NCBI GenBank assembly: GCA_963668695.2 | Contig: CAXXLQ010000004.1 | Location: forward strand, 32,001 to 96,000 | DNA: 64,000 nt | Direction of reading: 5' to 3' | Source: Vicinamibacteria bacterium | Lineage (GTDB): Bacteria > Acidobacteriota > Vicinamibacteria > Marinacidobacterales > Marinacidobacteraceae | Shown: positions 47,884 to 57,470 of the stretch, piece by piece | Position numbering within the stretch: the first letter of the stretch is position 1 | How the letters are laid out: the number at the start of each line of letters is the position of its first letter | Notes under the pieces: model-generated | What the model saw: the letters and a program-made list of their open reading frames with translations, nothing else | Databases searched by the model: none | Told to the model about the DNA's origin: nothing | Translations under genes and position numbers: made by a program

Positions 47884-50457
47884 CTAATGCTCCGCGGCAT
47901 GCTCCGCGGCGAGCGTCGTCTCCGTCTCGGCTTCGACCCCGCCCTTCATCTGGAAGGCCGGACTCGTCGCCACCCCCAGGATGAACGAAGACATCCGGTA
48001 GTCCGAAGCCTCCGCTTCCCGAACGATCTCCCGGATCAGCGGCTGGTCGTAATACTCCACCCGCCGACCCAGCGCATACGCCATCAGGTTCTCCGTGAAT
48101 GTCCGCAGCAGCGGCGTCGGACGCTTCAACAGCGCCTCCCGCAGGTCCCCGATGTCACGGATCGGAGTCCCGTCGTAGAACTCGCCCGACGCGTCGATCG
48201 GCTGGCCCGCGTCCTTCACCCGAATCCGCCCAGTCACGTCGAATTGCTCCAGGGCCAACCCGATCGGATCCATCATCCGGTGGCACGAACGGCACGCCGG
48301 GTTGTCCCGGTGGATCTCGAGGGCTTGGCGGGCGGTGAGTTTGCGGACCGTCTCGCCTGACTCCCCGGCATCCAGGTCCGGAACGTTCGGAGGCGGAGGT
48401 GGCGGCGGACTCCCGAGCAGCACCTCCATCACCCACTTCCCACGAAGCACCGCCGACGTCCGATACGGATGGGACGTCAGCGTCAGCATGCTCCCGTGGG
48501 CGAAGATCCCACGCCGGTTCGGATTCTGATACCGCACCAGACGGTGCTCCGGACCGGCAACCCCCTCCATCCCGTAGTGGTCGGCCAGATTGTCGTTCAC
48601 GAACGTGTAGTCCGCCGTGAACAGGTCGAAGACGCTCTTGTCCTCGGACACCAGGTGATGGAAGAACCGCTCCGTCTCCTCCACCATCGCCAACTTCAAC
48701 TGCTGGTAGAAGTCCGGATACAACCGAACGTTCGGGTTGATCTTCTCCAGATCCTGCAACCGGAACCATTGATGCGCGAACCGCTTCGCCAGCGCTTCCG
48801 AGCGCGGGTCCGCGAGCATCCGACGAACCTGCGTCTCGAACACCGCAGGATCCGACAACTGCCCCGCCTCGGCCGCATCGAGCAGCTCGTGGTCGGGGAT
48901 CGTCCCCCACAGGAAGAACGACAGGCGCGACGCCAGGTCGGTATCCGTCAGTCGGTACCCGAACTCCGCCTCCCGCGGGTCCAGGGGCTCTTCGATCCGG
49001 AACACGAAGTTGGGGCTCGCGAGCATTCCCTCGATCCCCATCCGGATCCCTTCCTCGAAGCCGACGCTCGCGGCCCCCATGTCATAGAGCGACATCAGCG
49101 CCTTGAGGTTGCGCTCGGTCAGATTCCGCCGATACGCGAGACGCCCGAGCCGCGACAGGATCTTCTCGGCACAGGGGCCCGCCTCTTCCGCCGAGAGCGG
49201 CCGGCAGGTGAAGATCGCCTCGCGGCTCGGGGTCTCCGACACCCCGGTCGCGTCGAAGGGCCCCGTAATGATCAGATCCCGCAAGTGGGGTACGTTGTGG
49301 ATGCCGTAGGTCCTCGACGTCGCGGTGCTGGCAAGTGACCAGTCGTGGGGGGAGATCAGGTCGAGGACCGGTCCCTCGTAGTGCTTCAGGAAAACCGCGG
49401 CCACCTTGCGCGGGCCACCCCGCACGAAGACCGGTTCGCTCCGCAGATTGACCCCGTCGGGGTCGGAAACGTGCATCCAGCGACCGACGTCCAGGAGCGC
49501 GAGCCGCTCACCGTCGATCGAGATCTCGACCTGCTCCGGAGTGTCGACCGTGTGAAGCGAACTCGATCCCGAGCCGACAATGGCGCCGGTCGTCTCGTGG
49601 TGGAAGGCCACCCGGAACCGATACGCGCCGTCCGCCGGGAATACGTGGTCCACGACGATTCCGCCCCGCGTTCCGTAGGGAGCTCCCTCGACCAGATCCA
49701 ACTGGGCAGCCCAGCGGGACACGTGGTAGCCGGACTCCGCGGCCACCGCGTCAGGGTCCCCGACCGCGAGATGACTGATATCGCTGGCCGCCCGCAGGTA
49801 GGAGTCCATGAGCGTCGCAGACAGCAACTGGACGTCCGCGATGTTGTCGAAGTTCGCGCTGATCGTGTCCTGCGGGAGGTATTTGGCCCCATCCAGCGGG
49901 AGGTCCAACAGGTCCCCGATCGCCGCGGTGTATTCGGCCCGGTTCAAGCGCTGGAAGGAGCGGCGCCCGGGATTCGGGTTTTCCTCGGCGCTCGCGTCAA
50001 GCTGGGTCTCGAGCGACTCCGCGACCTCGCCAAGCAGGTCCTCCGCCGGCCGCCGGGCCCCCGGCGGCGGCATCATGCCGAGCCGGAGCTTCGAGACCAT
50101 CTTCTCCGCGAGGGCCGGGTTCGCGACTGCCTCGCCGGCATCGAACGCGGCAAGCGACATGTTCCCGGTCTTCATCCGGTCGTTGTGGCAGACCATGCAA
50201 TAGGTCCGCAGCATTCCGTTGTGCGCGGCGGCCGTCTCCGTGCTTATGGACCCAGTGTTTTTGGACCCATCGTTTTTGGACCCACCGGGGGAACTCTCCG
50301 GACTCCAGTTCCGGACAGACGCGATGGTAGGCGCCGCCGGCGCGATGGTGGGCGCCGCCGGCTCGAAGCGCGGCGTCTCCTCGGCATCAGCGGCCGGCGG
50401 CAGCAGGTATGCGCCCACGCCGAGGGACCACGCTGCGACGATGGGAATTAGGCGCAT
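47884..50457 (-). CDS. DUF1587/1595/1592/1588/1585 protein with two CxxCH heme motifs, module copy 1
   Basis: Paralog of 41789..44341; start set at the MRLIPIV signal peptide. Confidence 0.88.
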   Translation of the reverse strand: MRLIPIVAAWSLGVGAYLLPPAADAEETPRFEPAAPTIAPAAPTIASVRNWSPESSPGGSKNDGSKNTGSISTETAAAHNGMLRTYCMVCHNDRMKTGNMSLAAFDAGEAVANPALAEKMVSKLRLGMMPPPGARRPAEDLLGEVAESLETQLDASAEENPNPGRRSFQRLNRAEYTAAIGDLLDLPLDGAKYLPQDTISANFDNIADVQLLSATLMDSYLRAASDISHLAVGDPDAVAAESGYHVSRWAAQLDLVEGAPYGTRGGIVVDHVFPADGAYRFRVAFHHETTGAIVGSGSSSLHTVDTPEQVEISIDGERLALLDVGRWMHVSDPDGVNLRSEPVFVRGGPRKVAAVFLKHYEGPVLDLISPHDWSLASTATSRTYGIHNVPHLRDLIITGPFDATGVSETPSREAIFTCRPLSAEEAGPCAEKILSRLGRLAYRRNLTERNLKALMSLYDMGAASVGFEEGIRMGIEGMLASPNFVFRIEEPLDPREAEFGYRLTDTDLASRLSFFLWGTIPDHELLDAAEAGQLSDPAVFETQVRRMLADPRSEALAKRFAHQWFRLQDLEKINPNVRLYPDFYQQLKLAMVEETERFFHHLVSEDKSVFDLFTADYTFVNDNLADHYGMEGVAGPEHRLVRYQNPNRRGIFAHGSMLTLTSHPYRTSAVLRGKWVMEVLLGSPPPPPPPNVPDLDAGESGETVRKLTARQALEIHRDNPACRSCHRMMDPIGLALEQFDVTGRIRVKDAGQPIDASGEFYDGTPIRDIGDLREALLKRPTPLLRTFTENLMAYALGRRVEYYDQPLIREIVREAEASDYRMSSFILGVATSPAFQMKGGVEAETETTLAAEHAAEH

Positions 50458-50740
50458 GGGACGTTTTGCCGGACGTGGCGAGGCGGTGTTTCCGCCCCCG
50501 AATACGCTCCGGCCCAATTGAAAGAGGATAGTGGCGAGCGACCCCCGATGCAAGCAGCGGAAACCCGTTCCGGGGCGTTCGGCGGAGGCGCCCAGCGGCC
50601 CCCGCAGCGCGTCGGATCAGCCCGGAATCCGGCGATTCTCTTCGCAGGCCACGGAGCGCGGTCGCGTGATCGCGGCGGAGTCCGGAGCCTGCTTCCGAGA
50701 CCTTGCGGAGCTGGAGCGGGGCGGGGTCGGTCGATCGGAG

Positions 50741-50765
50741 TATGGTATTATGGTATTGGTATGGT
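50741..50765 (+). promoter_or_regulatory. TGGTAT direct repeats: probable RHH operator / -10 region
   Basis: TATGGTAT TATGGTAT TGGTAT GGT, abutting the antitoxin ATG. Confidence 0.55.
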
Positions 50766-51036
50766 CAAGGTTACCTACTCGCTTGACGACGCCACGGTGC
50801 GCCGGATCCGCACCATCGCGGGCCGACTCGGCATTCCCCAGAGCCAGATGGTGCGGGAGGCCGTCGCCGACTATGCGGCACGCAAGGATCGGCTGAGCGA
50901 GGCCGAGCGCCTCCGCATGCTGGAAGTGCTGTATCGCCTGCGCGACACGCCACCCCGCCGGTCCCGAGCGGAGGTGGAGGCGGAGCTGAGGGAAATCCGC
51001 GATGCGCGGCGCCGGGGCTGGCGGCCGGAGCGGTGA
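50761..51036 (+). CDS. ribbon-helix-helix antitoxin (VapB-like)
   Basis: MVKVTYSLDDATVRRIR...QSQMVREAV; GTGA overlap with the PIN gene. Confidence 0.8.
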   Translation: MVKVTYSLDDATVRRIRTIAGRLGIPQSQMVREAVADYAARKDRLSEAERLRMLEVLYRLRDTPPRRSRAEVEAELREIRDARRRGWRPER

Positions 51037-51407
51037 TCGTCCATCTCGACACCTCGGCGCTCGTGGACGCGCTGGCCGGCCAGAGGTCCTCGCTCACACG
51101 GCTCATCGCTCTCGTGGACGCGGGACACCGCCTGAACATTTCCGCCCCCGTCCTCTACGAGTGGCTACGGGGACCCAGAACTCTCGACGAATTAAGGGAT
51201 CAGGAGGCGCTTCTGCCTCGCCGCGTTGCCGTCCCTTTCGATACCGACGCCGCGGCGGCCGCGGCCGATCTCTATTCCGGACTCGGGAGGGCGCGCGGCC
51301 GCGAAACGGACCTGGCGGTCGCGGCGTGTGCGATCACGCAGGACGCCGCGCTCTGGTCCCTGAATGAGGAGGATTTCCAGGACATTCCCGGCCTCAACCT
51401 GGTGTAG
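51033..51407 (+). CDS. vapC: PIN-domain toxin
   Basis: HLDTSALVD, LYEWLRG, DLAVAACA, SLNEEDF. Confidence 0.88.
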   Translation: MIVHLDTSALVDALAGQRSSLTRLIALVDAGHRLNISAPVLYEWLRGPRTLDELRDQEALLPRRVAVPFDTDAAAAAADLYSGLGRARGRETDLAVAACAITQDAALWSLNEEDFQDIPGLNLV

Positions 51408-51455
51408 CCGGCCGGCGCCCGACGACCGAATTCGTCCGGATCGGTCGGTTTCCCG

Positions 51456-52253
51456 CTACGGGAACTCGAGATCGCAGAGGACCGGCGCGTGGTCGGAGGG
51501 AATGTCCTCACCCTTCCGCTGACGCCGCTCGTCCCGGTCTACCCGGACCGATCCGATCCGACCGGCGAGAGGACCGGTCAGATAGATGTGATCGATGCGG
51601 GCGCCGACATTCCTGGCGAAGGCCAGGCGGGTGTAGTCCCACCAGGTGTAGAGGCCCTTTTCCGGTTCCGCCCCCTCCGCGTAGACCGTCCGATAGGCAT
51701 CGGACAGTCCCCACGCGACCACGCCTCGGAGCGCCGTGCGGGCGTCCGGGTGGCAGAGCACCCCTCCCGGGTCCGCCACCGCGGCGTCTTGGTCCTTCGG
51801 GGCCACGTTGAAGTCTCCGCAGAGGATGAGCGGCTCCGCGGGATCCGCGTTGCCGGCAAGATGGTCCCGGAGCGCTCCGAGCCATTCCAGCTTGTACTTC
51901 CAGTCGTCGGTGCGGCTCACCGCCTTCCCGTTCGGTACGTAGGCGGTGATCACCCGGCATCCCGCCGCGCGGACGTCCAGCAGGCGCGCCTCGCCGCGCT
52001 CCCGGCACGGAGGAAGGCCGCGCTCCAGAACCTCCAGAGACTCGCGGGCGAGGATGGCCACCCCGTTCCTCGCGGCCTGGGCGTGCACGACGGCCCGGTA
52101 GCCGGCAGCCTCGATATCCAGCCAGGGGAAGGCCTCCGCGGGAGCGCGAAGCTCCTGGAGACAGAGGATGTCGGGCTCGTGTCTTGCGAGCAGACGGAGC
52201 AGGCGAGGCCGGCGCGTCCGGATCGAATTCAGGTTCCAGGTAATGACGCGCAA
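51456..52253 (-). CDS. xth: exodeoxyribonuclease III
   Basis: TWNLNSIR, LQE, YVPNG, GDFNVAP, YTWWDY, RIDHI, SDHAP. Confidence 0.95.
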   Translation of the reverse strand: MRVITWNLNSIRTRRPRLLRLLARHEPDILCLQELRAPAEAFPWLDIEAAGYRAVVHAQAARNGVAILARESLEVLERGLPPCRERGEARLLDVRAAGCRVITAYVPNGKAVSRTDDWKYKLEWLGALRDHLAGNADPAEPLILCGDFNVAPKDQDAAVADPGGVLCHPDARTALRGVVAWGLSDAYRTVYAEGAEPEKGLYTWWDYTRLAFARNVGARIDHIYLTGPLAGRIGSVRVDRDERRQRKGEDIPSDHAPVLCDLEFP

Positions 52254-52317
52254 CGAGACAACCGGGCCGGATCATAGACGGCCCTCAGCCCCTACACTTG
52301 GCGCCCGCCGACCCCGC

Positions 52318-52566
52318 ATGAAAGCCTTCTTTCCGATGCCGCCGCGCGAGCGCGTCGCGCTCTTCGCCCTCGTCGCCTTCTCGACGATCGCCTTCCTGCC
52401 GGTGTTCGGAGAAACGTCGGTGCTCGGCGTCGCGGTCTTCGGTTGGCTGATGGCGGTGCTGCTGCTCGGATCGCCGGCGATGCTTCTCCTGTTGCTCCTT
52501 GCCGAGCCGGACAGGGGAAGCGGCCAGGAGAATCACGAATCGGCGGAACTCCGCCCGGATCCATGA
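52318..52566 (+). CDS. small two-helix membrane protein, probable symporter partner
   Basis: Two hydrophobic helices; ATGA overlap with the symporter gene. Confidence 0.65.
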   Translation: MKAFFPMPPRERVALFALVAFSTIAFLPVFGETSVLGVAVFGWLMAVLLLGSPAMLLLLLLAEPDRGSGQENHESAELRPDP

Positions 52567-53993
52567 TCGAACGCTGGCTCGTCCTCGCCTACCTGCTGGT
52601 ATGCGTGGTGGTCGGCGCGCTGGCCACCCGCCGCGTGCTCGGCTCGGAGGACGAGTACTGGGTGGCCGGGCGCCGCGTCGGGACGGGGGTCAACGCGCTC
52701 GCAATCATGGCGAGCCTGGCAAGCGGCGGCTCGCTGATCGGAGTGTTGGGCCTTGCCTACCGGGACGGCATTCCCGCAACGCTCGCGCTGTTCGCAGGGG
52801 CGGTGGTCGGGTTTCCGCTCGCCACCATCCTGGTCGCCGCGCCGCTTCGCCGACTGGCGAAATTCACGATCACCGACTTCATGGTTTTCCGCTACCCCCA
52901 CGGACTGGTGCGGGCGCTGGTCCCGGCGATCATCGTGGTGTCGCTGACCGTCTACATGGTGGCCCAGATGAAGGCCGCCGGGATCACCGCCGAGGCCCTG
53001 CTGGGCGTGGACTACGGGACCGCGATCACCGTCGCCACCCTCGTGTTCGTCCTCTACGTGTCCTTCGGCGGAATGGTTGCCGTAACGGTCACCGACGTGA
53101 TGCAGGGGGCTTTGTTGTTCCTCCTGATGGGGGCTACCGCCGTCATCCTGGCGCTTTCCGCGGGCTCGCCGTTCGCGTCGCTCCAGGCGGCGACCGCGGC
53201 CTCCCCGGCCTTCGGACAGCTCCCCCCGGGGGGATCCGGCTACCTGAGCTACTTCGTGATCTGGGCTTCGGCGATTCCGGTGATCCCCCACATCGTGATG
53301 CGGGTGGCCACCGCCCGGAATCCGCAAAGCGCCCGGGTCTCGCTGAACCTGGCGACGGCCATGTACGGCGTGATGATCCTGGCGGCGATCCTGCTCATCG
53401 CCCCGGTGGGGATCCTCGAATTCCCCGGGCTGACCGACCCGGATCAGGTATTCCTGCGCATCGTGGGCGATCACTTTCCCCCGGTGCTGCGCGGGCTCGC
53501 GGTGGCGGCGGTGCTGGCCGCGGTGATGTCCACCACCGATGCCTTCCTGCTGGCGGTGAGTTCCGCGGTCGCCCACGACTTGCTGGGCGGCTACCTGTCC
53601 CGGAAGAGCAAACGAGCGCAGGCCGCCGCCCGCCTCGGAACCACCTGGCTCGTCGGGGCCGCGGCGCTCTACTGGGCCTGGTCGCCGCCCGAGTTGCTCA
53701 CTCAGTTCTATACCGCCGGCGTCGGTCTGCTCTCGGCGGGGCTCTTCGTGCCGGTGGTCTTCGGCATCTGGTGGCGGCGGGCGAATCTGGTGGGCGGCGT
53801 TTCGGCGCTCGTGTCCGGAGTGACCACCTATTCCGTGCTGCTGCTCGCGGGCCCACAGCTCGGAATCGGGATCGGTCCCATTCTGCTGGCGCTTCCCGTG
53901 AGTCTGTTGGCGATGCTGATCGGCGGGCTGTGGGGCGGACGCGATCCCGCCGAGCGGTTAAGGGCCGTCGAACGACTCCACGGGGCGCAGTAA
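52563..53993 (+). CDS. sodium:solute symporter family protein
   Basis: EYWVAGRRVG, FTITDF..RY, GGMVAVTVTDVMQ, AAVMSTTD. Confidence 0.9.
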   Translation: MIERWLVLAYLLVCVVVGALATRRVLGSEDEYWVAGRRVGTGVNALAIMASLASGGSLIGVLGLAYRDGIPATLALFAGAVVGFPLATILVAAPLRRLAKFTITDFMVFRYPHGLVRALVPAIIVVSLTVYMVAQMKAAGITAEALLGVDYGTAITVATLVFVLYVSFGGMVAVTVTDVMQGALLFLLMGATAVILALSAGSPFASLQAATAASPAFGQLPPGGSGYLSYFVIWASAIPVIPHIVMRVATARNPQSARVSLNLATAMYGVMILAAILLIAPVGILEFPGLTDPDQVFLRIVGDHFPPVLRGLAVAAVLAAVMSTTDAFLLAVSSAVAHDLLGGYLSRKSKRAQAAARLGTTWLVGAAALYWAWSPPELLTQFYTAGVGLLSAGLFVPVVFGIWWRRANLVGGVSALVSGVTTYSVLLLAGPQLGIGIGPILLALPVSLLAMLIGGLWGGRDPAERLRAVERLHGAQ

Positions 53994-53997
53994 GGGT

Positions 53998-54236
53998 TAA
54001 CAGCCTGTGGTGAAACCCGCGCGGCCCAGTTCTCCCGGTGGGGGCTCGGCCGGCGATCCATCCCGGCTGAACCACTCCGCTTCGCTGCGTTCTGCGTTGC
54101 GTTTCGGTCGAAATACACCGGGTATTCCTCCCTCACGCGCCTTGTCAGCCGGGCCCCCACCGGGAGGACTGGCCCCACCGGGAGAACTGGGCCTCACCGG
54201 CCTCGGCGCTCACCCGGGTTCCACCACAGGCTGTTA
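53998..54236. mobile_element. MITE-like repeat element, copy H
   Basis: TA-ACAGCCTGTGGTGAAACCC...GGGTTCCACCACAGGCTGT-TA. Confidence 0.78.
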
Positions 54237-54240
54237 GACG

Positions 54241-55689
54241 TTGCCGGCCGCTATCTCGGGGGCCGTACTGCTGCTCTACACCGCCCTTCTGTTCGGGATC
54301 GCGTGGATCTCCAGCCGCCGCGTCCACAACTTCTCGGACTACCTGGTCGCCGGCCGGCGTCTCGGGACACCGCTCGCCTCGCTGAGCCTGCTCGCCACCT
54401 GGTTCGGGGCCGGCACGCTCCTCGCTTCCGCCGAAGAAGTCCGGTCCGTAGGGTTGTCGGCAGCCGCCCTGGAGCCCATCGGTCCTGGGATCTGCTTGTT
54501 GCTGGTCGGTCTGTTCTACGCGGCCCCGCTCCGGCGGCAGGGGCTCCTGACGCTCGGGGATTTCTTCGCCGGCCGTTTCGGCCGAAGCGCGGAGATCGTC
54601 TCGGCCGCCATCATGGTTCCGAGCTTTTTCGGCTGGATCGCCGCCCAGTTCTCGGTGTTGGCCGCGCTCCTCGGCGAACTCTTCCAAATCCCGCTCGCTG
54701 CGGGTCTCCTGTTGGTCGCCGCCGTTGCCGTCGGCTACACGCTGATCGGGGGGATGTGGTCGGTGACCCTCACCGACGCGGTACAAGGGGTCATCGTGGG
54801 CTTCGCGCTCATCGCCCTCGGAGTTTCCGCCCTGGCCGAACTGGGCGCCGGATCGGCCTTGGGAGGGCTGGCCCGGCTCGGACGCGAGACGCCGCCGGAT
54901 CTGCTCGCCGTCGTACCCAGCGAAATGACCGCGCTGTTCGCCTGGTCCGGACTCCTGATCGCAGGCGCCCTCGGGAACATCCCCGGACAGGACGTGCTGC
55001 AGCGGGTGTTCTCCTCACGCTCGGAACAGGTGGCCCGGCGCGCCTGCCTGATCGCCGGCAGCCTCTACCTCGGCCTCGGCGCCATCCCGGTGATGCTGGG
55101 ACTGGCCAGCCGCCTCCTGCTACCCGGGCATGAAGGCGACATGCTGGCCGCGCTCGGCCGCATTCTCTTCAGTCCCCTCGCAGCACTGGGGCTCATCTTG
55201 CTGGTGGTTTCGGCGCTCCTGTCGACCGTGGACAGCGCGCTAATATCGGCCGCGTCCGTACTGGCGCAGAACCTGCTCCGCCACCCCCTGCCCCGGGTGG
55301 GGCTCTTGCGTTTGAGCCGGCTCTCAGTCCTGATGGTCGGTGCGGCGAGTCTCTTCTATGCGTTTCGTGGTCTCAATGCGTACTCCCTGCTGGAGGACGC
55401 GTACGAGCTCACGCTCGTGGGGCTGTTCGTACCGTTGACCGCAGGACTCTTCTCGGAACGCGGCGGACGCTTCGCCGCGCTCACCTCGATGGCCGGCGGC
55501 ACCGTTTTGTGGATCATTCATCTGGCGTTCGGGTGGGACTGGTTCCTCGAGCCCGCGCTGTATTCCGCCGGCATAACGATTCCGAAGGCCATCGGCCTGA
55601 CGGCCGCGAGCGGCGCCGGGTACCTGCTCGGGGCGGCCTTCGACACCGCGAGCCGGCGGCGGCCCCCGCGCCCGGGAGCCGCCGCCTGA
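54241..55689 (+). CDS. sodium:solute symporter family protein (choline-transporter-like)
   Basis: DYLVAGRRL, ATWFGAG, GGMWSVTLTDAVQ, LGNIPGQDVLQRV, LSTVDS. Confidence 0.88.
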   Translation: MPAAISGAVLLLYTALLFGIAWISSRRVHNFSDYLVAGRRLGTPLASLSLLATWFGAGTLLASAEEVRSVGLSAAALEPIGPGICLLLVGLFYAAPLRRQGLLTLGDFFAGRFGRSAEIVSAAIMVPSFFGWIAAQFSVLAALLGELFQIPLAAGLLLVAAVAVGYTLIGGMWSVTLTDAVQGVIVGFALIALGVSALAELGAGSALGGLARLGRETPPDLLAVVPSEMTALFAWSGLLIAGALGNIPGQDVLQRVFSSRSEQVARRACLIAGSLYLGLGAIPVMLGLASRLLLPGHEGDMLAALGRILFSPLAALGLILLVVSALLSTVDSALISAASVLAQNLLRHPLPRVGLLRLSRLSVLMVGAASLFYAFRGLNAYSLLEDAYELTLVGLFVPLTAGLFSERGGRFAALTSMAGGTVLWIIHLAFGWDWFLEPALYSAGITIPKAIGLTAASGAGYLLGAAFDTASRRRPPRPGAAA

Positions 55690-55696
55690 GCGCCCG

Positions 55697-57136
55697 ATGA
55701 GCGAGTTCCGCAACCGCGCCGAATCGCTGCGGCGCCGCTCCCGTGCGCTCGAGCCGGATGCGGAAGAGCGGCGCACGCTCACCGAGGCAACCATCCGCCA
55801 CACCGAGGAGTTTCTGGAGGGCCTGATCAGCGGCCCGTCCTGGGTTCCGCCGAGGGAATCCCGGGAAATCACCGAACTTCCCATCGGCGCGGAAGGCCGC
55901 CCCTTTCCCGAACTCCTGGATCTGGTTCGGCGAGAGGTCGAGCAGCAGGGTCTGAACCCTGCATCCCCGCGCGATCTGGGCTACGTCCCCGGCGGCGGGA
56001 TTTTCGTATCGGCGCTCGGCGACTACCTGGCGGCCGTCGGGAATGCATTCGCCGGGTATTTCCCCGCCTCGCCGGGAGCGGCCCGCGTGGAAAACCGGCT
56101 CGTGGAATGGATCGCCGAGATCGTGGGCTACCCGAAAGAAGCCGGAGGGACGCTGACTTCAGGGGGAAGCGTCGCCACCCTGACCGGGGTCATCGCCGCC
56201 CGCGAGGCCAAGGGACTCCGCTCAACCGACTTCTCCCGGGCATCGATCTACGTGACCAGCCAGGAGCACTATTCGGTCCGCAAGGCGGTCCACCTCGCGG
56301 GTGTGGGTGAGGCGCCCTGCCGGATCGTCGCCGTGGACGGCGCTTTCCGCATGGCTCCGGAATCCCTGGCCGCCCAGATCCGGAAGGATCGCGCCGACGG
56401 CCTGCTGCCCTGGCTCGTAGTCAGCACCGCCGGCACCACGAACACCGGCGCGGTGGATCCGCTGGACGCGATATCCGAGATCGCGCGGGCCGCCGGCGTC
56501 TGGCACCATGTGGACGCGGCCTACGGCGGGTTCTACCTGCTCGTTCCGGCGCGGCGGGATCTGTTCCGGGGCATCGAGAAGTCGGACTCCGTCGTACTGG
56601 ATCCCCACAAGAGCCTGTTTCTTCCCTATGGAAGCGGCGCGCTCGTGGTCCGGAATGCGGCGCACTTCGACACGTTCCGCTTCCAGGCCCCCTATCTCCT
56701 TGATAAGCCGCAGAAGGAAGTCTCCCCTTCCGAGCGGTCGATCGAACTCACCCGGCACTTCCGCGGGATGCGCCTCTTCCTGCCGCTGCTACTCCACGGC
56801 ACCGAGGCATTCGCGGCCGCGCTCGAAGAGAAGTGGTGGCTTGCCCGCTACCTCCAGGACGAACTCGGTCGCTGGGAGGACATCGAGGTGGGGCCGGAGC
56901 CCGAACTTTCGACCATGTGCTTCCGCTACCGGCCGGAAGGTCGGACCGAAGAGGAAACGGATGAACTCAACCGCCGGATCGTCGCGGCGCTCCACGCCGA
57001 CGGCCGGATCTTCGTCACCGCCACCTACCTGAACGAACGCTTCTGGCTCCGGCCCTCGATCGGCATCTTCCGCACCCACATCGAGCACCTCGACGAGTTT
57101 CTGGAGATCCTGAAAGGCTTCATCGCGGAGCTCTGA
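55697..57136 (+). CDS. group II PLP-dependent amino-acid decarboxylase
   Basis: TSGGS, TAGTTNTGAVDPL, HVDAAYGG, DPHK (PLP lysine). Confidence 0.9.
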   Translation: MSEFRNRAESLRRRSRALEPDAEERRTLTEATIRHTEEFLEGLISGPSWVPPRESREITELPIGAEGRPFPELLDLVRREVEQQGLNPASPRDLGYVPGGGIFVSALGDYLAAVGNAFAGYFPASPGAARVENRLVEWIAEIVGYPKEAGGTLTSGGSVATLTGVIAAREAKGLRSTDFSRASIYVTSQEHYSVRKAVHLAGVGEAPCRIVAVDGAFRMAPESLAAQIRKDRADGLLPWLVVSTAGTTNTGAVDPLDAISEIARAAGVWHHVDAAYGGFYLLVPARRDLFRGIEKSDSVVLDPHKSLFLPYGSGALVVRNAAHFDTFRFQAPYLLDKPQKEVSPSERSIELTRHFRGMRLFLPLLLHGTEAFAAALEEKWWLARYLQDELGRWEDIEVGPEPELSTMCFRYRPEGRTEEETDELNRRIVAALHADGRIFVTATYLNERFWLRPSIGIFRTHIEHLDEFLEILKGFIAEL

Positions 57137-57180
57137 GGCAAGAGACCGCCAACAGGCCGGGCGGCACCGCCAGCGAGGGG

Positions 57181-57250
57181 CCCCCACCGGGAGAACTGGC
57201 CGCCGACCTCCAGGTCGGCCCTGCGAGAGACCGCCGACCTCCAGGTCGGC
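57181..57250. repeat. 19-bp module plus two REP-like palindromes
   Basis: CCCCCACCGGGAGAACTGGC, then GCCGACCTCCAGGTCGGC at 57202 and 57233. Confidence 0.7.
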
Positions 57251-57294
57251 AACTGCCGCGCGCAAGCGCGGCGAAACGCGGTCTACAACCCTTA

Positions 57295-57336
57295 TTCCGT
57301 GCAAATCGTCCCGTGGACGGTACGTTTTGCACGGAA
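57295..57336. repeat. long hairpin upstream of MNT-HEPN
   Basis: TTCCGTGCAAA...TTTGCACGGAA 11-bp arms with further internal pairing. Confidence 0.55.
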
Positions 57337-57470
57337 CACCGTCCCTTTGTCCCTGTCAGGCCGCGCGTCGGTATCACGAGCGTTAATGCCGGCAGACCTG
57401 CGGTAGGCTCCATCCAGCCATGGGTCGAGCGGCGGTGCAAGGGAACCCCGATCCTCCTGGGGCCGCTGCG

